A stretch of DNA of 54,578 nucleotides from an uncultured Leptospiraceae bacterium (GCA_964501965.1 CAZCVM010000002.1:1-54578), one strand, 5' to 3'; positions 40,505 through 51,552 are shown, counted from the first letter of the stretch. Notes: generated by a model from the sequence alone, not told the origin. Program-made: numbers and translations.

Positions 40505-41989
40505 ATGCAAAGGATATCTTTTGTGCAAAATAAAATCACAGATGATTGGCTAAAAAAAATACAAAGCAAAGAAAAACAAGCACTCAAGCAGGTGAAAAAG
40601 GTATTCGATTTAGATCAATCTGATTGGCAGGTTGTTGACTTTTGGCAAAATTGCAAAAACGATAGGCAACAGAGTTGTTTTGTCCATGATATCTGGATTT
40701 ATCGATTGGGTAATTCTGTGTATGTAGCAAAAAATGAGGAGGTCTTTGAGGAGTTAGATCAATGCGCAAGCCGTGATTATCAGAATTTTGCAAGTTTTGT
40801 GCAGTCATTATTTCAATATGAAGAATCCTGCGTGCCGGTGAATACATTTTCATTCTTAGATGAACCAGAACAAAAGCCTGTTACTTTTTATCGCTCCTAT
40901 TTTTTGGGTAAATGGGACATAGTCATGAGTATTCAAGATTGTACAAAAATTTCGAATGTGACAGATGCAAAGATTCGAGAGCTTTTTGTTTTATACTGCA
41001 AAGAAAAAGAAAGTATCATTCAATATCAGAATAAACAATTGGTAAATATTTACAATAGGCATGGTCGTGATGTTATCAATGAAGTGTTGGCTTCTGTATT
41101 CGGATTTTTGTTGAATGTTCGTGTCCCTCAGAATTATTTTGGCTACAAAAAATTTCAATATACTCGGGCGTATTCAGAAAAGCCAAGTAATGGTTTGGAA
41201 CGATTTGTTGTTTCTAAAGCTTTGTGCGAAAGAATGCCCTGTCTTGACTTAAAGCAGGCTATGCAAAATGTTTTGGACCAGCAACATAAAGATAAAATTA
41301 TCGAAGAAGATAACCAATTTAGTGTTGGTACACAGAAAATGGCAAAAGAAGATTTTGTGGATTTTAAAAATTTGCTGCAATTGAATTGGCATAACGCAAA
41401 TCCATTTCAAATATGTTTCAAAAAGTCAGGTATGAATTATGCAAATACGACTTTGTTAAGAAATTTTATTGAAAAGAACTTTGTCCATTACAAAGATATG
41501 ATTCAATCCCATGTTTTGGATCAAATATTTGGTGCTTCTAAGGATAGGAAAATTGAGGAGTTTGTTTTGCCTGAAGGAAATACTGGCCGCATTTTTACAG
41601 TGGATTATGGAGAGATTCTTTTTCCAGAATTGAGTATGCCTCAAGATGAACCCCATTATCAATTTAGAAAGAAATCTGAATGGCACAGAATCAAACTTTT
41701 TTTGCAAAATGTAACGATGGAAAATAAAATATACAAACAGGCTGTAGCAGAAACAATTCTTAATCTTGCTTTTATTTCAAAAGATTTTGTTTTGCAATTT
41801 GTGCATAGTATTCCGGATGTATTTTTTAAGTACTATTGGGATGAGAATCGCTTTTGTTATTTTTCACAAACTTTAGCGGATTATTTATTATCTTTAATTG
41901 CGCAGGTTAGGTATTTTTTTATGATTGACAAGGATTGCGATTTTGTTCAAGCAAAAGAATACATTTGGGCTTATTATTGTTTGGATTGA
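40505..41989 (+). CDS. Hypothetical protein, 494 aa (third gene of the operon)
   Basis: The ORF begins 5 nt after the preceding stop. Composition is cytoplasmic. The only motif-like stretch is [31 protein letters not shown]. Confidence 0.6.
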   Translation: MQRISFVQNKITDDWLKKIQSKEKQALKQVKKVFDLDQSDWQVVDFWQNCKNDRQQSCFVHDIWIYRLGNSVYVAKNEEVFEELDQCASRDYQNFASFVQSLFQYEESCVPVNTFSFLDEPEQKPVTFYRSYFLGKWDIVMSIQDCTKISNVTDAKIRELFVLYCKEKESIIQYQNKQLVNIYNRHGRDVINEVLASVFGFLLNVRVPQNYFGYKKFQYTRAYSEKPSNGLERFVVSKALCERMPCLDLKQAMQNVLDQQHKDKIIEEDNQFSVGTQKMAKEDFVDFKNLLQLNWHNANPFQICFKKSGMNYANTTLLRNFIEKNFVHYKDMIQSHVLDQIFGASKDRKIEEFVLPEGNTGRIFTVDYGEILFPELSMPQDEPHYQFRKKSEWHRIKLFLQNVTMENKIYKQAVAETILNLAFISKDFVLQFVHSIPDVFFKYYWDENRFCYFSQTLADYLLSLIAQVRYFFMIDKDCDFVQAKEYIWAYYCLD

Positions 41990-44136
41990 TTTTTTATAAG
42001 TCTTTGCAATATTTGGATGGCTGATTCTACGATAGGAGTGCCTGGCCCAAAAATAAAATCAACGCCTTTTTCAAATAAATACGGGTAATCCTGGCTGGGA
42101 ATGACTCCTCCGGCAACGACTATTGCTTCATATAGACCCATTTGGTGCATTTGATCGATTGTCTCAGGAATCAGTGTTTTGTGCCCACCAGCTAAACTGG
42201 ATATGCCCAGGATATGAACATCGCTTTCAATTGCCTGGCGTGCGACTTCGGTGGGCGTTTGAAAAAGTGGGGCTAAATCCACATCAAAACCCATATCCGC
42301 AAAGCTTGAAGCAACAACTTTTGCTCCTCGGTCGTGACCGTCTTGACCTAATTTAGCTATGAGTATGCGAGGCCGTCTTCCTTCTGTTTCTGAAAACTTA
42401 TTTGCTAAATCCATTGCTTGCGCAAAGCTTTTGTTGTCTGTCATTGCTTTTTTATAAATACCTGTATTTATTTTCGATTGGTTTTCAAAGCGAGTGAAAA
42501 TAGTTTCACATGCGCTAGAAATTTCCCCTATTGTGGCTCTATGTTGGGCTGCAATTATGGCATATTCGAGTAGGTTGTTTGTTTTGTCTCGGCACGCCTG
42601 AGTCAAGTTGTTAAGTGCTTTTGCTACTTCTGGGGCATCACGCTCCTTTTTTATTTCAGTCAATTTTTCTATTTGTTTTTTTCGCACAAGGTAGTTGTCC
42701 ACTTCCAAAATTTCAATGTCATAATTGGGTTCATTGTGGGACACCATATATTCATTGACTCCGACAATGATATCTTGTTTCGAGTCAATACGCGCCTGCC
42801 GCTTGGCTGATGCTTCTTCAATTTTTCCTTGAGGTATTCCCAGTTCAATGGCTTTGGCCATGCCGCCATGCTTTTCGATTTCAGATATATGATGCCAAGC
42901 TTTTTCCATCAATTTATTGCTAAGGTTTTCAATATAATAAGAACCTGCTACCGGATCTATACAGTCTAAAAGATCGGTTTCGTTTTGTAAAAACAATTGC
43001 GTATTGCGCGCAATTCGCGCAGAAAAGTCAGTTGGTAAGGCAATGGCTTCATCCAGGGCGTTGGTGTGCAAAGATTGAGTGTGTCCCAAGACCGCAGCCA
43101 GTGCTTCGAGGTTGGTACGAGTGATATTGTTGAATGGGTCTTGTTCTGTAAGACTATAACCAGATGTCTGACAATGCGTTCTAAGTGCCATGGATTTGTT
43201 GTTTTGCGGATTAAATTGTTTAACAATTTTTGCCCACAAAGCTCTCCCTGCACGCAGTTTGGCTATTTCGGTAAATATATTCATGCCAATGCCCCAAAAA
43301 AAAGACAGTCTGGGCGCAAATTGATCAATATTTAATCCAACAGAAACACCTTTGCGCAAATATTCCAATCCATCTGCTAATGTATAAGCTAGTTCTAAAT
43401 CTGCGGTAGCACCAGCTTCTTGAATATGGTATCCGCTAATACTAATAGAATTGAAACGCGGCATTTTTTTCGCTGTAAAGGAAAAAATATCTCCAATAAT
43501 CCTCATGGATGGCTCCGGTGGATATATATATGTGTTCCGAACCATAAATTCTTTGAGTATATCGTTTTGAATGGTACCTGAGAGTTTGTTGGTATCTACA
43601 TTTTGTTCCATTGCCGCGACGATATAAAATGCCAGTATAGGCAATACGGCTCCGTTCATAGTCATAGAAACAGATATTTTCTCCAAGGGGATGCCCTGGA
43701 ACAGGTCCTTCATATCTTCAACTGTGTCGATCGCAACACCTGCTTTGCCCACATCACCCAGAACCCGTTCATGATCTGAGTCATAGCCTCGATGAGTCGC
43801 TAAATCAAAAGCAACAGATAATCCTTTTTGTCCGGCCTGTAAATTTTTGTGATAAAAGGCATTGGATTCTTCTGCTGTAGAAAAACCAGCATATTGGCGG
43901 ATTGTCCAAGGCCGATTGAGGTACATAGAAATATATGGGCCGCGAAAAAATGGAGGATATCCGGACAAACCAGAATGAAGATCAAAATCGTCTTTTTCCG
44001 GTGATGAATATGTGTTTTTGATTACAAACTCTTCTGGACTTATCCAGTTGTTTGTTTTTAGATTTGAGATTGTCGCATTGTTTTGCTTGATTTTTTTATA
44101 ATAATCAAATGGAATTTTATTAAATAGATTTCTCAT
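41974..44136 (-). CDS. mutB: Methylmalonyl-CoA mutase large (catalytic, B12-binding) subunit
   Basis: 720-aa ORF with [29 protein letters not shown] and RIARNTQ. The C-terminal cobalamin domain carries [13 protein letters not shown] (DxHxxG). Confidence 0.9.
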   Translation of the reverse strand: MRNLFNKIPFDYYKKIKQNNATISNLKTNNWISPEEFVIKNTYSSPEKDDFDLHSGLSGYPPFFRGPYISMYLNRPWTIRQYAGFSTAEESNAFYHKNLQAGQKGLSVAFDLATHRGYDSDHERVLGDVGKAGVAIDTVEDMKDLFQGIPLEKISVSMTMNGAVLPILAFYIVAAMEQNVDTNKLSGTIQNDILKEFMVRNTYIYPPEPSMRIIGDIFSFTAKKMPRFNSISISGYHIQEAGATADLELAYTLADGLEYLRKGVSVGLNIDQFAPRLSFFWGIGMNIFTEIAKLRAGRALWAKIVKQFNPQNNKSMALRTHCQTSGYSLTEQDPFNNITRTNLEALAAVLGHTQSLHTNALDEAIALPTDFSARIARNTQLFLQNETDLLDCIDPVAGSYYIENLSNKLMEKAWHHISEIEKHGGMAKAIELGIPQGKIEEASAKRQARIDSKQDIIVGVNEYMVSHNEPNYDIEILEVDNYLVRKKQIEKLTEIKKERDAPEVAKALNNLTQACRDKTNNLLEYAIIAAQHRATIGEISSACETIFTRFENQSKINTGIYKKAMTDNKSFAQAMDLANKFSETEGRRPRILIAKLGQDGHDRGAKVVASSFADMGFDVDLAPLFQTPTEVARQAIESDVHILGISSLAGGHKTLIPETIDQMHQMGLYEAIVVAGGVIPSQDYPYLFEKGVDFIFGPGTPIVESAIQILQRLIKNQSKQ

Positions 44137-44159
44137 TATATATATCCTTGAATATTTGC

Positions 44160-46229
44160 TTATACTATTCCAATTATTTTTTGTATTTTTTTGATGACCT
44201 CAACAATGTTTGACTCATTATTTAGATAAATAATGAATTCATTGGGATTTTCTTTATCCGTCAACGCAGCCTGTTTATTGTCATTACTCTCTTGAGCTTC
44301 CGGTTTCTTGGATACTATCAACCAATATGTTGTGTTTGATTTTTGCCTTTTAGCGAATTGTAGATATATGTCCTCATTGTTGCCAATTATCGCGATTATC
44401 GGGTTATTTGTTGCCTGGATTTTTTTTTCTAAATTTGTATCATCCTCGTTGTGATTTATAATCTCATAAGGAAGCATGGCCATGTTTAGAAAACCAGTCA
44501 ATAAATTTTTTTGTTGAGTATTTGTGCTGCCCGGATCTAACAAAATAATTGGTATATTACAAGAATTTTGTGATTCCAGAAAGATTTCTGTTTTTAGACG
44601 TAAATATTCTAAATATTGGGCCAATCTAAATGGAGTTTGATTGCCCAAAAAACCCTCTAAGGATTCGCTGAAAGATTCTGTTAAGAAATTTTCTTTGACT
44701 GCATTTTCTAATGATTTTAATACAAATTCTTTTGAAAAATTGTTTAAATTTTTTTGAATTATTTGTGTTATGGTTTCTTGTTTTTGAGAATAAGCATTGG
44801 CTCCGATTAGCAGAAGCTGTGATGTGTGAAAAGAATCTATAAGCTTTTTTCTGGATTCAAATATTTTTTGTGGAATATATAGATTTTGCACAGCTTCAAG
44901 GTATCCTCCTTGTTTTTCGATTTCCTGAAACAAGGTCCAGCTTTGTTTGCAATTTTTTTCTGTGAGATCTTCGATAGCGTATGTTCCCCGAAAAGGATCC
45001 AAAACCTTTTGTGCAAAGCCTTCATGGCTTAGCAATAAAAATTGATTTAATGCTATTCTATGTCCAAATGGATCCAATGGCGCGTACAATTGATTGTATG
45101 GCGCAGTTGAAACAGCGTCTGCAGTGCCCCAAATTGCAATGGCACTTTCTAATGAATTGCGTAAAATATTGACGTAAGGATCAAAAAGTGTTTTGTTCCA
45201 TGAAGCATTTTTTGTGTAAACAATTGCTTTATCCAAATCACTGGTTACGAGATTTGGGTATTGTGAAATAATATTTATCCATAGAAGGCGTAACGCGCGA
45301 ATTTTGGCAATTTCATGCAACATGAAACTGCTGACTGATATGGAAAAATGCCATTCATTAAAATAGTGATTTATAGAATTTTTGCTGTCTGATATCGCTT
45401 GCAAATAATCATTGGCTTTGTTGAGTAAAAAGGCCAATTCCTGAATAGAATTTCCTCCATTGTTGTGGAATTCATGTCCATTGATTTGTAAGCCATTTTG
45501 AATTTGATCGTCTGTGTTGTTTGTTAATTGCCTGAGCCATTTATTCATTTCTGTGTTTTTTTTGTTATTTAGAATAAAGTCTTGCTGTGCCAGGGGATCA
45601 AAAAAAAGTACAATTTTTATTTGTTTGTTGGGTAAATTGACAAAGCTTGGATCAAGTTGCAACCATTGATTTTTGTCTACTAATTTGTAATGCACATTTT
45701 CGATTTGTATTTTTTTAATGCTGTTATTTTTTAAAGATAGTATGTGTTGGATGATTTCTTTGGTTCGTTTTTTTATGCTGCTGTCCATATTAAAGTTCAT
45801 GTCCAAAGAAATGTGCGAAATATTGCGCTGTTCTAATAATCTTATTAACGGAAAATACTCTTGAATTGGTCGGTCCAATATTGGCAAACAATGACATTGA
45901 TAAATATCTCTAGTTTTTTTTTGCCAACCTGTGTTTATTGTGTCCCGTTGTTCCTTTATTCTGCTTTGTGGTTTTGTCGTATACAAAGGAGAATAAATTG
46001 GATTTATGGGAATGGGATTGAGGTAGTCTTTTGGATGGATCAGGCTAAACTCAGCCAATATGGAAGAAATATCTATTGAAGTGTCTGTTTGTGTCTTTTC
46101 TAATAAATATTCTTTTGCGCATTCTATGCAAAAATTTGTGATCCAATCTTGCGGATTGACAGTATTAAATTCTTCAAAGCTTAGTTTTTGTTTGATGTTG
46201 TCGTCTGACACAGTATTTAGATGATTCAT
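44160..46229 (-). CDS. mutA: Methylmalonyl-CoA mutase small subunit (MutA-like, no B12 His motif)
   Basis: 689-aa ORF, paralogous to the barrel region of the neighbour: [14 protein letters not shown]...[13 protein letters not shown]...IEKQGGY versus [14 protein letters not shown]...[13 protein letters not shown]...IEKHGGM. The C-terminal Rossmann-like part lacks DxHxxG. Confidence 0.75.
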   Translation of the reverse strand: MNHLNTVSDDNIKQKLSFEEFNTVNPQDWITNFCIECAKEYLLEKTQTDTSIDISSILAEFSLIHPKDYLNPIPINPIYSPLYTTKPQSRIKEQRDTINTGWQKKTRDIYQCHCLPILDRPIQEYFPLIRLLEQRNISHISLDMNFNMDSSIKKRTKEIIQHILSLKNNSIKKIQIENVHYKLVDKNQWLQLDPSFVNLPNKQIKIVLFFDPLAQQDFILNNKKNTEMNKWLRQLTNNTDDQIQNGLQINGHEFHNNGGNSIQELAFLLNKANDYLQAISDSKNSINHYFNEWHFSISVSSFMLHEIAKIRALRLLWINIISQYPNLVTSDLDKAIVYTKNASWNKTLFDPYVNILRNSLESAIAIWGTADAVSTAPYNQLYAPLDPFGHRIALNQFLLLSHEGFAQKVLDPFRGTYAIEDLTEKNCKQSWTLFQEIEKQGGYLEAVQNLYIPQKIFESRKKLIDSFHTSQLLLIGANAYSQKQETITQIIQKNLNNFSKEFVLKSLENAVKENFLTESFSESLEGFLGNQTPFRLAQYLEYLRLKTEIFLESQNSCNIPIILLDPGSTNTQQKNLLTGFLNMAMLPYEIINHNEDDTNLEKKIQATNNPIIAIIGNNEDIYLQFAKRQKSNTTYWLIVSKKPEAQESNDNKQAALTDKENPNEFIIYLNNESNIVEVIKKIQKIIGIV

Positions 46230-46248
46230 TGAAAAACCCCGAATTTTA

Positions 46249-47307
46249 TTACATTTCTATAGAACGTATCATGTCTACCAAGATTGCCACATTTTTTTCA
46301 GGCGTCTGGGGCAGAACCCCATGTCCCAAATTGAATATATGTCCAGTCTGATCTAGCGATTTAGCTAATTGGGCAATTGTTTTTTTTAACTGGTCAGGCG
46401 ATTTGAACAATTCATACGGAGAAAGATTTCCTTGCAATGGGTAGTTGAGTTTTTTTCTAACATCCATCAATGGAGTATTTTCATCTACACTGATAATATC
46501 CGCATTGGAATTTCGCAGTTTATCCCATGGATGCTGAAAATTTTTTATAAACAATATCGTAAAATAGTCTTTTCCTTTGATAATACTAGGCTTTTGTTTT
46601 TGTACGATTTCTTCCATTGTATTCATTGTTATTTTTTGGTATGGAAGTACAAATTGATCAAAAATTTCGGCTGGGAGGTTGCCAGCCCATGAATCAAACA
46701 TTTGCACTGCGTCTGCGCCGGCCAGGATTTGAGTTGCTAGGTATTGCCCCATCTGGTTTGCCAGTGTTGTCAGCATTGTTTTCAATTTATCTGGTTCTTG
46801 CGCAATGGCGATACGAATAGCGTGAAATGATTTTTTGTGGCTTTGATCCAAAATATATGTGGCCAAAGTGAAAGGTGCTCCACAAAATCCCAATACTGCT
46901 TTTTGGGGCAATTGTTGCCTGATCAGGCGTATTGTTTGGGGTACATAAGATAGCTTTTCCATTGTCTCATACGTCTTTAAATTAAAAACAGAATCAGGAA
47001 CACTAAGTGCTGGCCCTTTATCATCAGAAAATTTCAAATTTATGCCCATGGGTTCTAATGGGGTAAGGATATCTGAAAATAATATCGCAGCGTCCATATC
47101 AAATTTATGAATAGGTTGCAATGTTACTTGTAGAGCTAACTCAGGGGTCTTGCATAGTGTCAAAAAATCATATTTTTCTTTCAATTGCCGATAATCCTTC
47201 ATATAACGACCTGCTTGGCGCATCAGCCATATAGGCAACCGATATGTTTTTTGATTTTTACATGCAGCCAAAAACAATTCTCTGGAGGAAATATTGGATA
47301 TTATCAT
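46249..47307 (-). CDS. hemE: Uroporphyrinogen decarboxylase
   Basis: 352-aa ORF with the signature PIWLMRQAGRYM, FSDILTPL, FDSWAG and NLGHGV. Confidence 0.9.
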   Translation of the reverse strand: MIISNISSRELFLAACKNQKTYRLPIWLMRQAGRYMKDYRQLKEKYDFLTLCKTPELALQVTLQPIHKFDMDAAILFSDILTPLEPMGINLKFSDDKGPALSVPDSVFNLKTYETMEKLSYVPQTIRLIRQQLPQKAVLGFCGAPFTLATYILDQSHKKSFHAIRIAIAQEPDKLKTMLTTLANQMGQYLATQILAGADAVQMFDSWAGNLPAEIFDQFVLPYQKITMNTMEEIVQKQKPSIIKGKDYFTILFIKNFQHPWDKLRNSNADIISVDENTPLMDVRKKLNYPLQGNLSPYELFKSPDQLKKTIAQLAKSLDQTGHIFNLGHGVLPQTPEKNVAILVDMIRSIEM

Positions 47308-47450
47308 AGTATTTGTTGCCAGTTATCTATTCATTTTCATTTTTTTTGACGTTATTATTAATTTTTTGATTTTTTTTTGTCAATATATATTTATGCTTAC
47401 ATTTATAAATGAAATCTACAAATAAAATTGCATAATTGAAAGAGTTTATT

Positions 47451-48428
47451 ATGAAAAAAGGTATTTTGTTGTATCACCCAAAAAGCAGCAAAGGAAAAGC
47501 TGGGAGCAAAGCAAATTTTTTTCAAAAAGAATGGCAAAAACGCCTAGATATTCCACTGGTTCTCCAACCTTTTCTAAGTCTGTCTGATTTGCGTCAAAAA
47601 ATTCGATCCTTTCATTTGCAAAAATCCATTCTAGTTTTAATGGGCGGAGATGGTACTATTTCTGAGGGATTGGATGAAATTTTTCATATTTACAATTTTG
47701 ATAATATTGATTTTCCTATTGGACTTTTACCAGCCGGTTCTGGCAATAGTTTTTTAGAAGAGTTTGGTTTAGCCAAATTTAAAGATGCTGTTCAAGATTT
47801 ACTGATAGCTATCCAGCAAAATGATTATTTATCTGTGGATGCTGGTTTTCTCAAATTTGAGTCTCCAATATCGACGAAAGCTGGCAGTGGTATATATTCT
47901 GGTCAAGTACACCAAAAGGTCGTGATAAATATCTGGGGCATTGGATTTGTTTCCTATGTTGCCCGTATGGCTATGAAAATGCGCTTTGTCGGAAAATGGA
48001 ATTATACTTTGGCTACGATTTTGCATGTATTCTTTTTTCATAAGCCTAAGTATTGTACGATGATACTTGATGATGGTAGGGAGTTTACTGAAAAATTGGA
48101 TTTTTTAACTGTTTCCAATTCAAAATTTACAGGAGGCAAAATGAAAATGGCACCATATATAAATGTAAATGACGGCAAGATGTTTTTGGTGCGAGTAAGA
48201 TTGTTTCGTAAACTCAAAATTCTATCATTTTTTCCAAAAATTTTTTTTGGATCGCATTTAAAATTGACCGGAGTAGACGGAATGTTTTTGCATAAAAAAA
48301 TTAGATTCACTGATGCTAAAGAGTATTTAATGCTAGTAGATGGCGAGGTTGTTTTGGGAAAAAATCCGCAAATCAACATTAAAAGCCAATGCTGGAAAAT
48401 GTTTTTGTCCAAAGAAAAACATCCTTGA
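47451..48428 (+). CDS. Diacylglycerol-kinase-family lipid kinase (YegS/LCB5-like)
   Basis: Has the DAGK catalytic-domain motifs VLMGGDGTISEGL and GLLPAGSGNSF. The start is taken at the ATG at 47451; the track ORF opens at a TTG at 47436. Confidence 0.8.
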   Translation: MKKGILLYHPKSSKGKAGSKANFFQKEWQKRLDIPLVLQPFLSLSDLRQKIRSFHLQKSILVLMGGDGTISEGLDEIFHIYNFDNIDFPIGLLPAGSGNSFLEEFGLAKFKDAVQDLLIAIQQNDYLSVDAGFLKFESPISTKAGSGIYSGQVHQKVVINIWGIGFVSYVARMAMKMRFVGKWNYTLATILHVFFFHKPKYCTMILDDGREFTEKLDFLTVSNSKFTGGKMKMAPYINVNDGKMFLVRVRLFRKLKILSFFPKIFFGSHLKLTGVDGMFLHKKIRFTDAKEYLMLVDGEVVLGKNPQINIKSQCWKMFLSKEKHP

Positions 48429-48463
48429 TTTTCTTTAGCACAAGGAACGCATTTAGCCTATGG

Positions 48464-48503
48464 AACATATTGAAAAAAACTTTGCTTTTCAATATGTTTT
48501 ATT
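48464..48503 (+). terminator. Rho-independent terminator between convergent genes
   Basis: Perfect 13-bp stem: aacatattgaaaa (48464-48476) pairs with ttttcaatatgtt (48486-48498). The loop is 9 nt and the stem is followed by ttattttatt. Confidence 0.65.
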
Positions 48504-49388
48504 TTATTGGGGGAGCATTTCCCAGGCTGTGACCCAAATAGTATTTGTTTTTTTGAAGCCATAAACTTGAATGAGTCTTTTTTCAAAATCTGGCATGTGT
48601 ATCGCGCCATAAAATATCGCGATTTTCTTTTTGTTTTTTTTTAGTTCTTGCGCGAGTATGTTCATGGCTTTGTCATTGCGGCGAGTGATAATCACTGTGG
48701 GCTTATTGGTCAAAAAAGATGCGTTGAAGTTGTGGGCAAAATGATAAGCCAATTTGGTTTTTAACCTATCTGCGTATTTTTTGTAAAATAGGTATCCAAA
48801 TATATCAGACCATCCTAGCGCGTACTTAGAATCTATTTTCTTTTGTGATGCCATGCTCTGATCCCAGGATTCCTGCCAGATCATCTCCCAAATATTTTCT
48901 TTGTGTTTTTTTGTATAATATTGATAGGTGTGCCAATCCATGTCTGCATGCACAAAATTTGATGCATGATAATTGATCCATTGCAATTGCATTTGTAAAT
49001 CCAGCATAGAAGCCAATTTGTTTTGCAATTGGCCGATACGGCTACGATTTGTGAGTTGCTTAAACTTGTTTTGTGGCAACGAGTCTTTGGTGCCCACAAG
49101 CTCAAAAAGCACTGCATCGTATTGCTTAAAAATTTGATTCAGGTTTTGATAGTATTTTTTATCAGCTATATGGACCGCAGCCACTAAATCAATTTGGATA
49201 TTGTTTTTTTGATATTGAATGATCGCTGTTTGCATTTTGTTGAAAGAAGTGACGCCAATATTCTTCGCAGGTACAAAACGGATAAATTGACTGGCATTTG
49301 ATGTTTGTAATATATCCCAGGCACTTAAAGAAAACGGCAATACAAGCCAAATTGCTATCAGATAGATTATGTACTGAAAATACTTCAT
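48504..49388 (-). CDS. Secreted TraB/GumN (Tiki-superfamily)-like protein
   Basis: 294-aa ORF with a signal peptide (YIIYLIAIWLVLPFSLSA). IDLVAAVHIADKKYY...AVLFELV matches the GxxH...E pattern seen in the TraB paralogue at 14929. FYGAIHMPDF resembles the second His motif. Confidence 0.5.
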   Translation of the reverse strand: MKYFQYIIYLIAIWLVLPFSLSAWDILQTSNASQFIRFVPAKNIGVTSFNKMQTAIIQYQKNNIQIDLVAAVHIADKKYYQNLNQIFKQYDAVLFELVGTKDSLPQNKFKQLTNRSRIGQLQNKLASMLDLQMQLQWINYHASNFVHADMDWHTYQYYTKKHKENIWEMIWQESWDQSMASQKKIDSKYALGWSDIFGYLFYKKYADRLKTKLAYHFAHNFNASFLTNKPTVIITRRNDKAMNILAQELKKNKKKIAIFYGAIHMPDFEKRLIQVYGFKKTNTIWVTAWEMLPQ

Positions 49389-49430
49389 TATTTTTTTGCT
49401 TTGTTATGATTCATATTATTTGGCACAGAT

Positions 49431-50303
49431 CTAATCGTTATTTTCTGGAGACATTTTTGCTATTACATCATCATAGAAAACTTTTTCATTGATTTTTATT
49501 TCTAAAAGATTTTTAGTTTTTAGAATATTTATCCATTGATCCAAAACTTGCTTTTTATTGCTATTTTTTTTTATTTGTAAAGCAAAGGTTTTGTCATGTA
49601 TGGCAATGTGACTAAGGAACCATTCATTGGTTTGTTCATACATTTTATTTAGCATATATTTGTACTTTACTGGATCTGAAAAGCTGGAATCACTGATGCG
49701 TGCCAGTATGGCTCTTTGTTGTGTAATAAATTTTTGATGCATGATTTGGTGAATTTCAAAGTCTTTTTTTATTAATTGTATTAGACTTTCTTCCACCTCA
49801 AAATGTCTTTGACCATAATCTATCAATTCACGACAAACCATTAGCATATCTTCTTTTTGGATCTTTCTATTTTTGTCGGAAACAATAAGCAAAATATATT
49901 CTAAAACAGTAATGAACCAGCAGTGTTGAATATCCAGTACAATGATGCCGGTCGATAGATTGTAATGAGAAAATTTATCTTTGACCTTTGCTATCAATTG
50001 ATCACGCCAATTATCAAAAGACAATGTTTCTGTAATTTGTTGAATCTGTTTTTGATTTTTTGGTACAGAATCCTGTTCATTGGTCAAACCGGCTATTTTT
50101 TTTTGATAGCTTATAAAATTTGCATTGTGTTCTTTTAAGTATTGATTCAATTCTGAAATTTTTAGGTAATTCAGGTGTACCAATATTTCTCCAATTTGAT
50201 TTTTATTTTTTTCTTGGATTTTTAATGCTTCATTGAGTTGTTCTTGAGATATCACATCTTTAGATACTAGATAATCTCCAAACAATATTGATACTTCACT
50301 CAT
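49431..50303 (-). CDS. Hemerythrin-domain protein with an N-terminal MshEN-like (T2SSE_N-type) tandem 24-residue motif
   Basis: 290-aa ORF. Hemerythrin ligand pattern: DIQH, LIDYGQRHFEVEE, HQIMHQKF and WFLSHIAIHD. The N-terminus has LFGDYLVSKDVISQEQLNEALKIQ, a 5-aa spacer, then QIGEILVHLNYLKISELNQYLKEH. Confidence 0.7.
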   Translation of the reverse strand: MSEVSILFGDYLVSKDVISQEQLNEALKIQEKNKNQIGEILVHLNYLKISELNQYLKEHNANFISYQKKIAGLTNEQDSVPKNQKQIQQITETLSFDNWRDQLIAKVKDKFSHYNLSTGIIVLDIQHCWFITVLEYILLIVSDKNRKIQKEDMLMVCRELIDYGQRHFEVEESLIQLIKKDFEIHQIMHQKFITQQRAILARISDSSFSDPVKYKYMLNKMYEQTNEWFLSHIAIHDKTFALQIKKNSNKKQVLDQWINILKTKNLLEIKINEKVFYDDVIAKMSPENND

Positions 50304-50463
50304 AGTTTTTCTCCCCTACTTTTTTTATTGGCCATATTGGTTGCAACATGTAATGTGGTTCAATCGAGCTTAAAGTAATAGTACCAAAATTGTAAAAAAA
50401 TGGAAGTTGATCCAATTTTTGTCGACAACATAGATACCTCGGATAGAAATTTAAAAATTTAAT

Positions 50464-51552
50464 ATGCAATATAACTTCAATCACAAAAAAATAACAATAA
50501 ATGGTAGTCGTTATCTCACGGCAAATGATTTTTTTTTCTGTCAATGGGGTCATAAAATTCGAAAAATATCTGTTGATATCGGCAGAACTTGCCCCAATCG
50601 GGACGGTCGAAAAAGCAACGGAGGCTGTGTTTTTTGTTCAGAAACAGGGTCTGGTTCACGAAATAGTGATATTGCCGGTTGCTTTGATTTGCGGTCGGCC
50701 ACAATGCAAACTAAATTGGTTGCTCAAATCGAACAAGGCGTATCTTTTTATAAAAAAAGATACGCGCAAGAAAAGTTTTTGGTCTATTTCCAGGCTTTTA
50801 CCCCTACTTATGGTCCGATACACGAACTTGTGAATGCACTGGAAATATGTCTTGCGCATCCCCAAATTCATGGCTTTGTTGTTGCAAGCCGAGCGGACTG
50901 TTTTACCCTGGAAATAGCTAAAGCTCTTCGGGACATGGGGCGGCATTGTCTTTATTGGGTGGAATTGGGGTTGCAGTCTATCCATGATAAGTCTCTTTCT
51001 TGGATGAATCGGCAAGAAACACATTCGGATTATTTGCTTGCCCAAAGTATAGCAGATCAATTCCAAATACCTACGATTGCTCATTTAATATTAGGATTGC
51101 CAACGGAAACCAAACAGGATTTGATTCAAACAGCGCGTTTTGTGAACCAATCCTCTAGCTGGGGAGTCAAAATACATCAATTGCATCCCATTCCGGGAAC
51201 ACCTCTCTGGCCGGACAAAAATAAGCAACCAATATTGCCATTGTGGTCATTGGAAGACTATTTAGAGTGGACCATAGGCTTTTTGGAATACTTGCGTTCT
51301 GATATTGTTGTTCATAGAGTTGTGGGTGACTACAAGCGCCATACCGGAGTTTACTGTGAAAAATCAAATACACAAAAAAAAAGCCAGCATCTTTCAGAAA
51401 AGGAACTAACCAAAGACCAAATAATTTCTGCTTTGAGTAAAAGGATGCAAGAAGCAGATTCTTTCCAGGGAAAACAAATTGATAATGAGTGCCAAGCGCA
51501 AAAGAATCGTTGTAATCAGGTCAATCCAAAATATTTTCCAAAATATTTTTGA
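50464..51552 (+). CDS. Radical SAM protein, TIGR01212 family
   Basis: 362-aa ORF with the characteristic Cys cluster CPNRDGRKSNGGCVFC and WVELGLQS. The N-terminal start is uncertain. Confidence 0.75.
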   Translation: MQYNFNHKKITINGSRYLTANDFFFCQWGHKIRKISVDIGRTCPNRDGRKSNGGCVFCSETGSGSRNSDIAGCFDLRSATMQTKLVAQIEQGVSFYKKRYAQEKFLVYFQAFTPTYGPIHELVNALEICLAHPQIHGFVVASRADCFTLEIAKALRDMGRHCLYWVELGLQSIHDKSLSWMNRQETHSDYLLAQSIADQFQIPTIAHLILGLPTETKQDLIQTARFVNQSSSWGVKIHQLHPIPGTPLWPDKNKQPILPLWSLEDYLEWTIGFLEYLRSDIVVHRVVGDYKRHTGVYCEKSNTQKKSQHLSEKELTKDQIISALSKRMQEADSFQGKQIDNECQAQKNRCNQVNPKYFPKYF

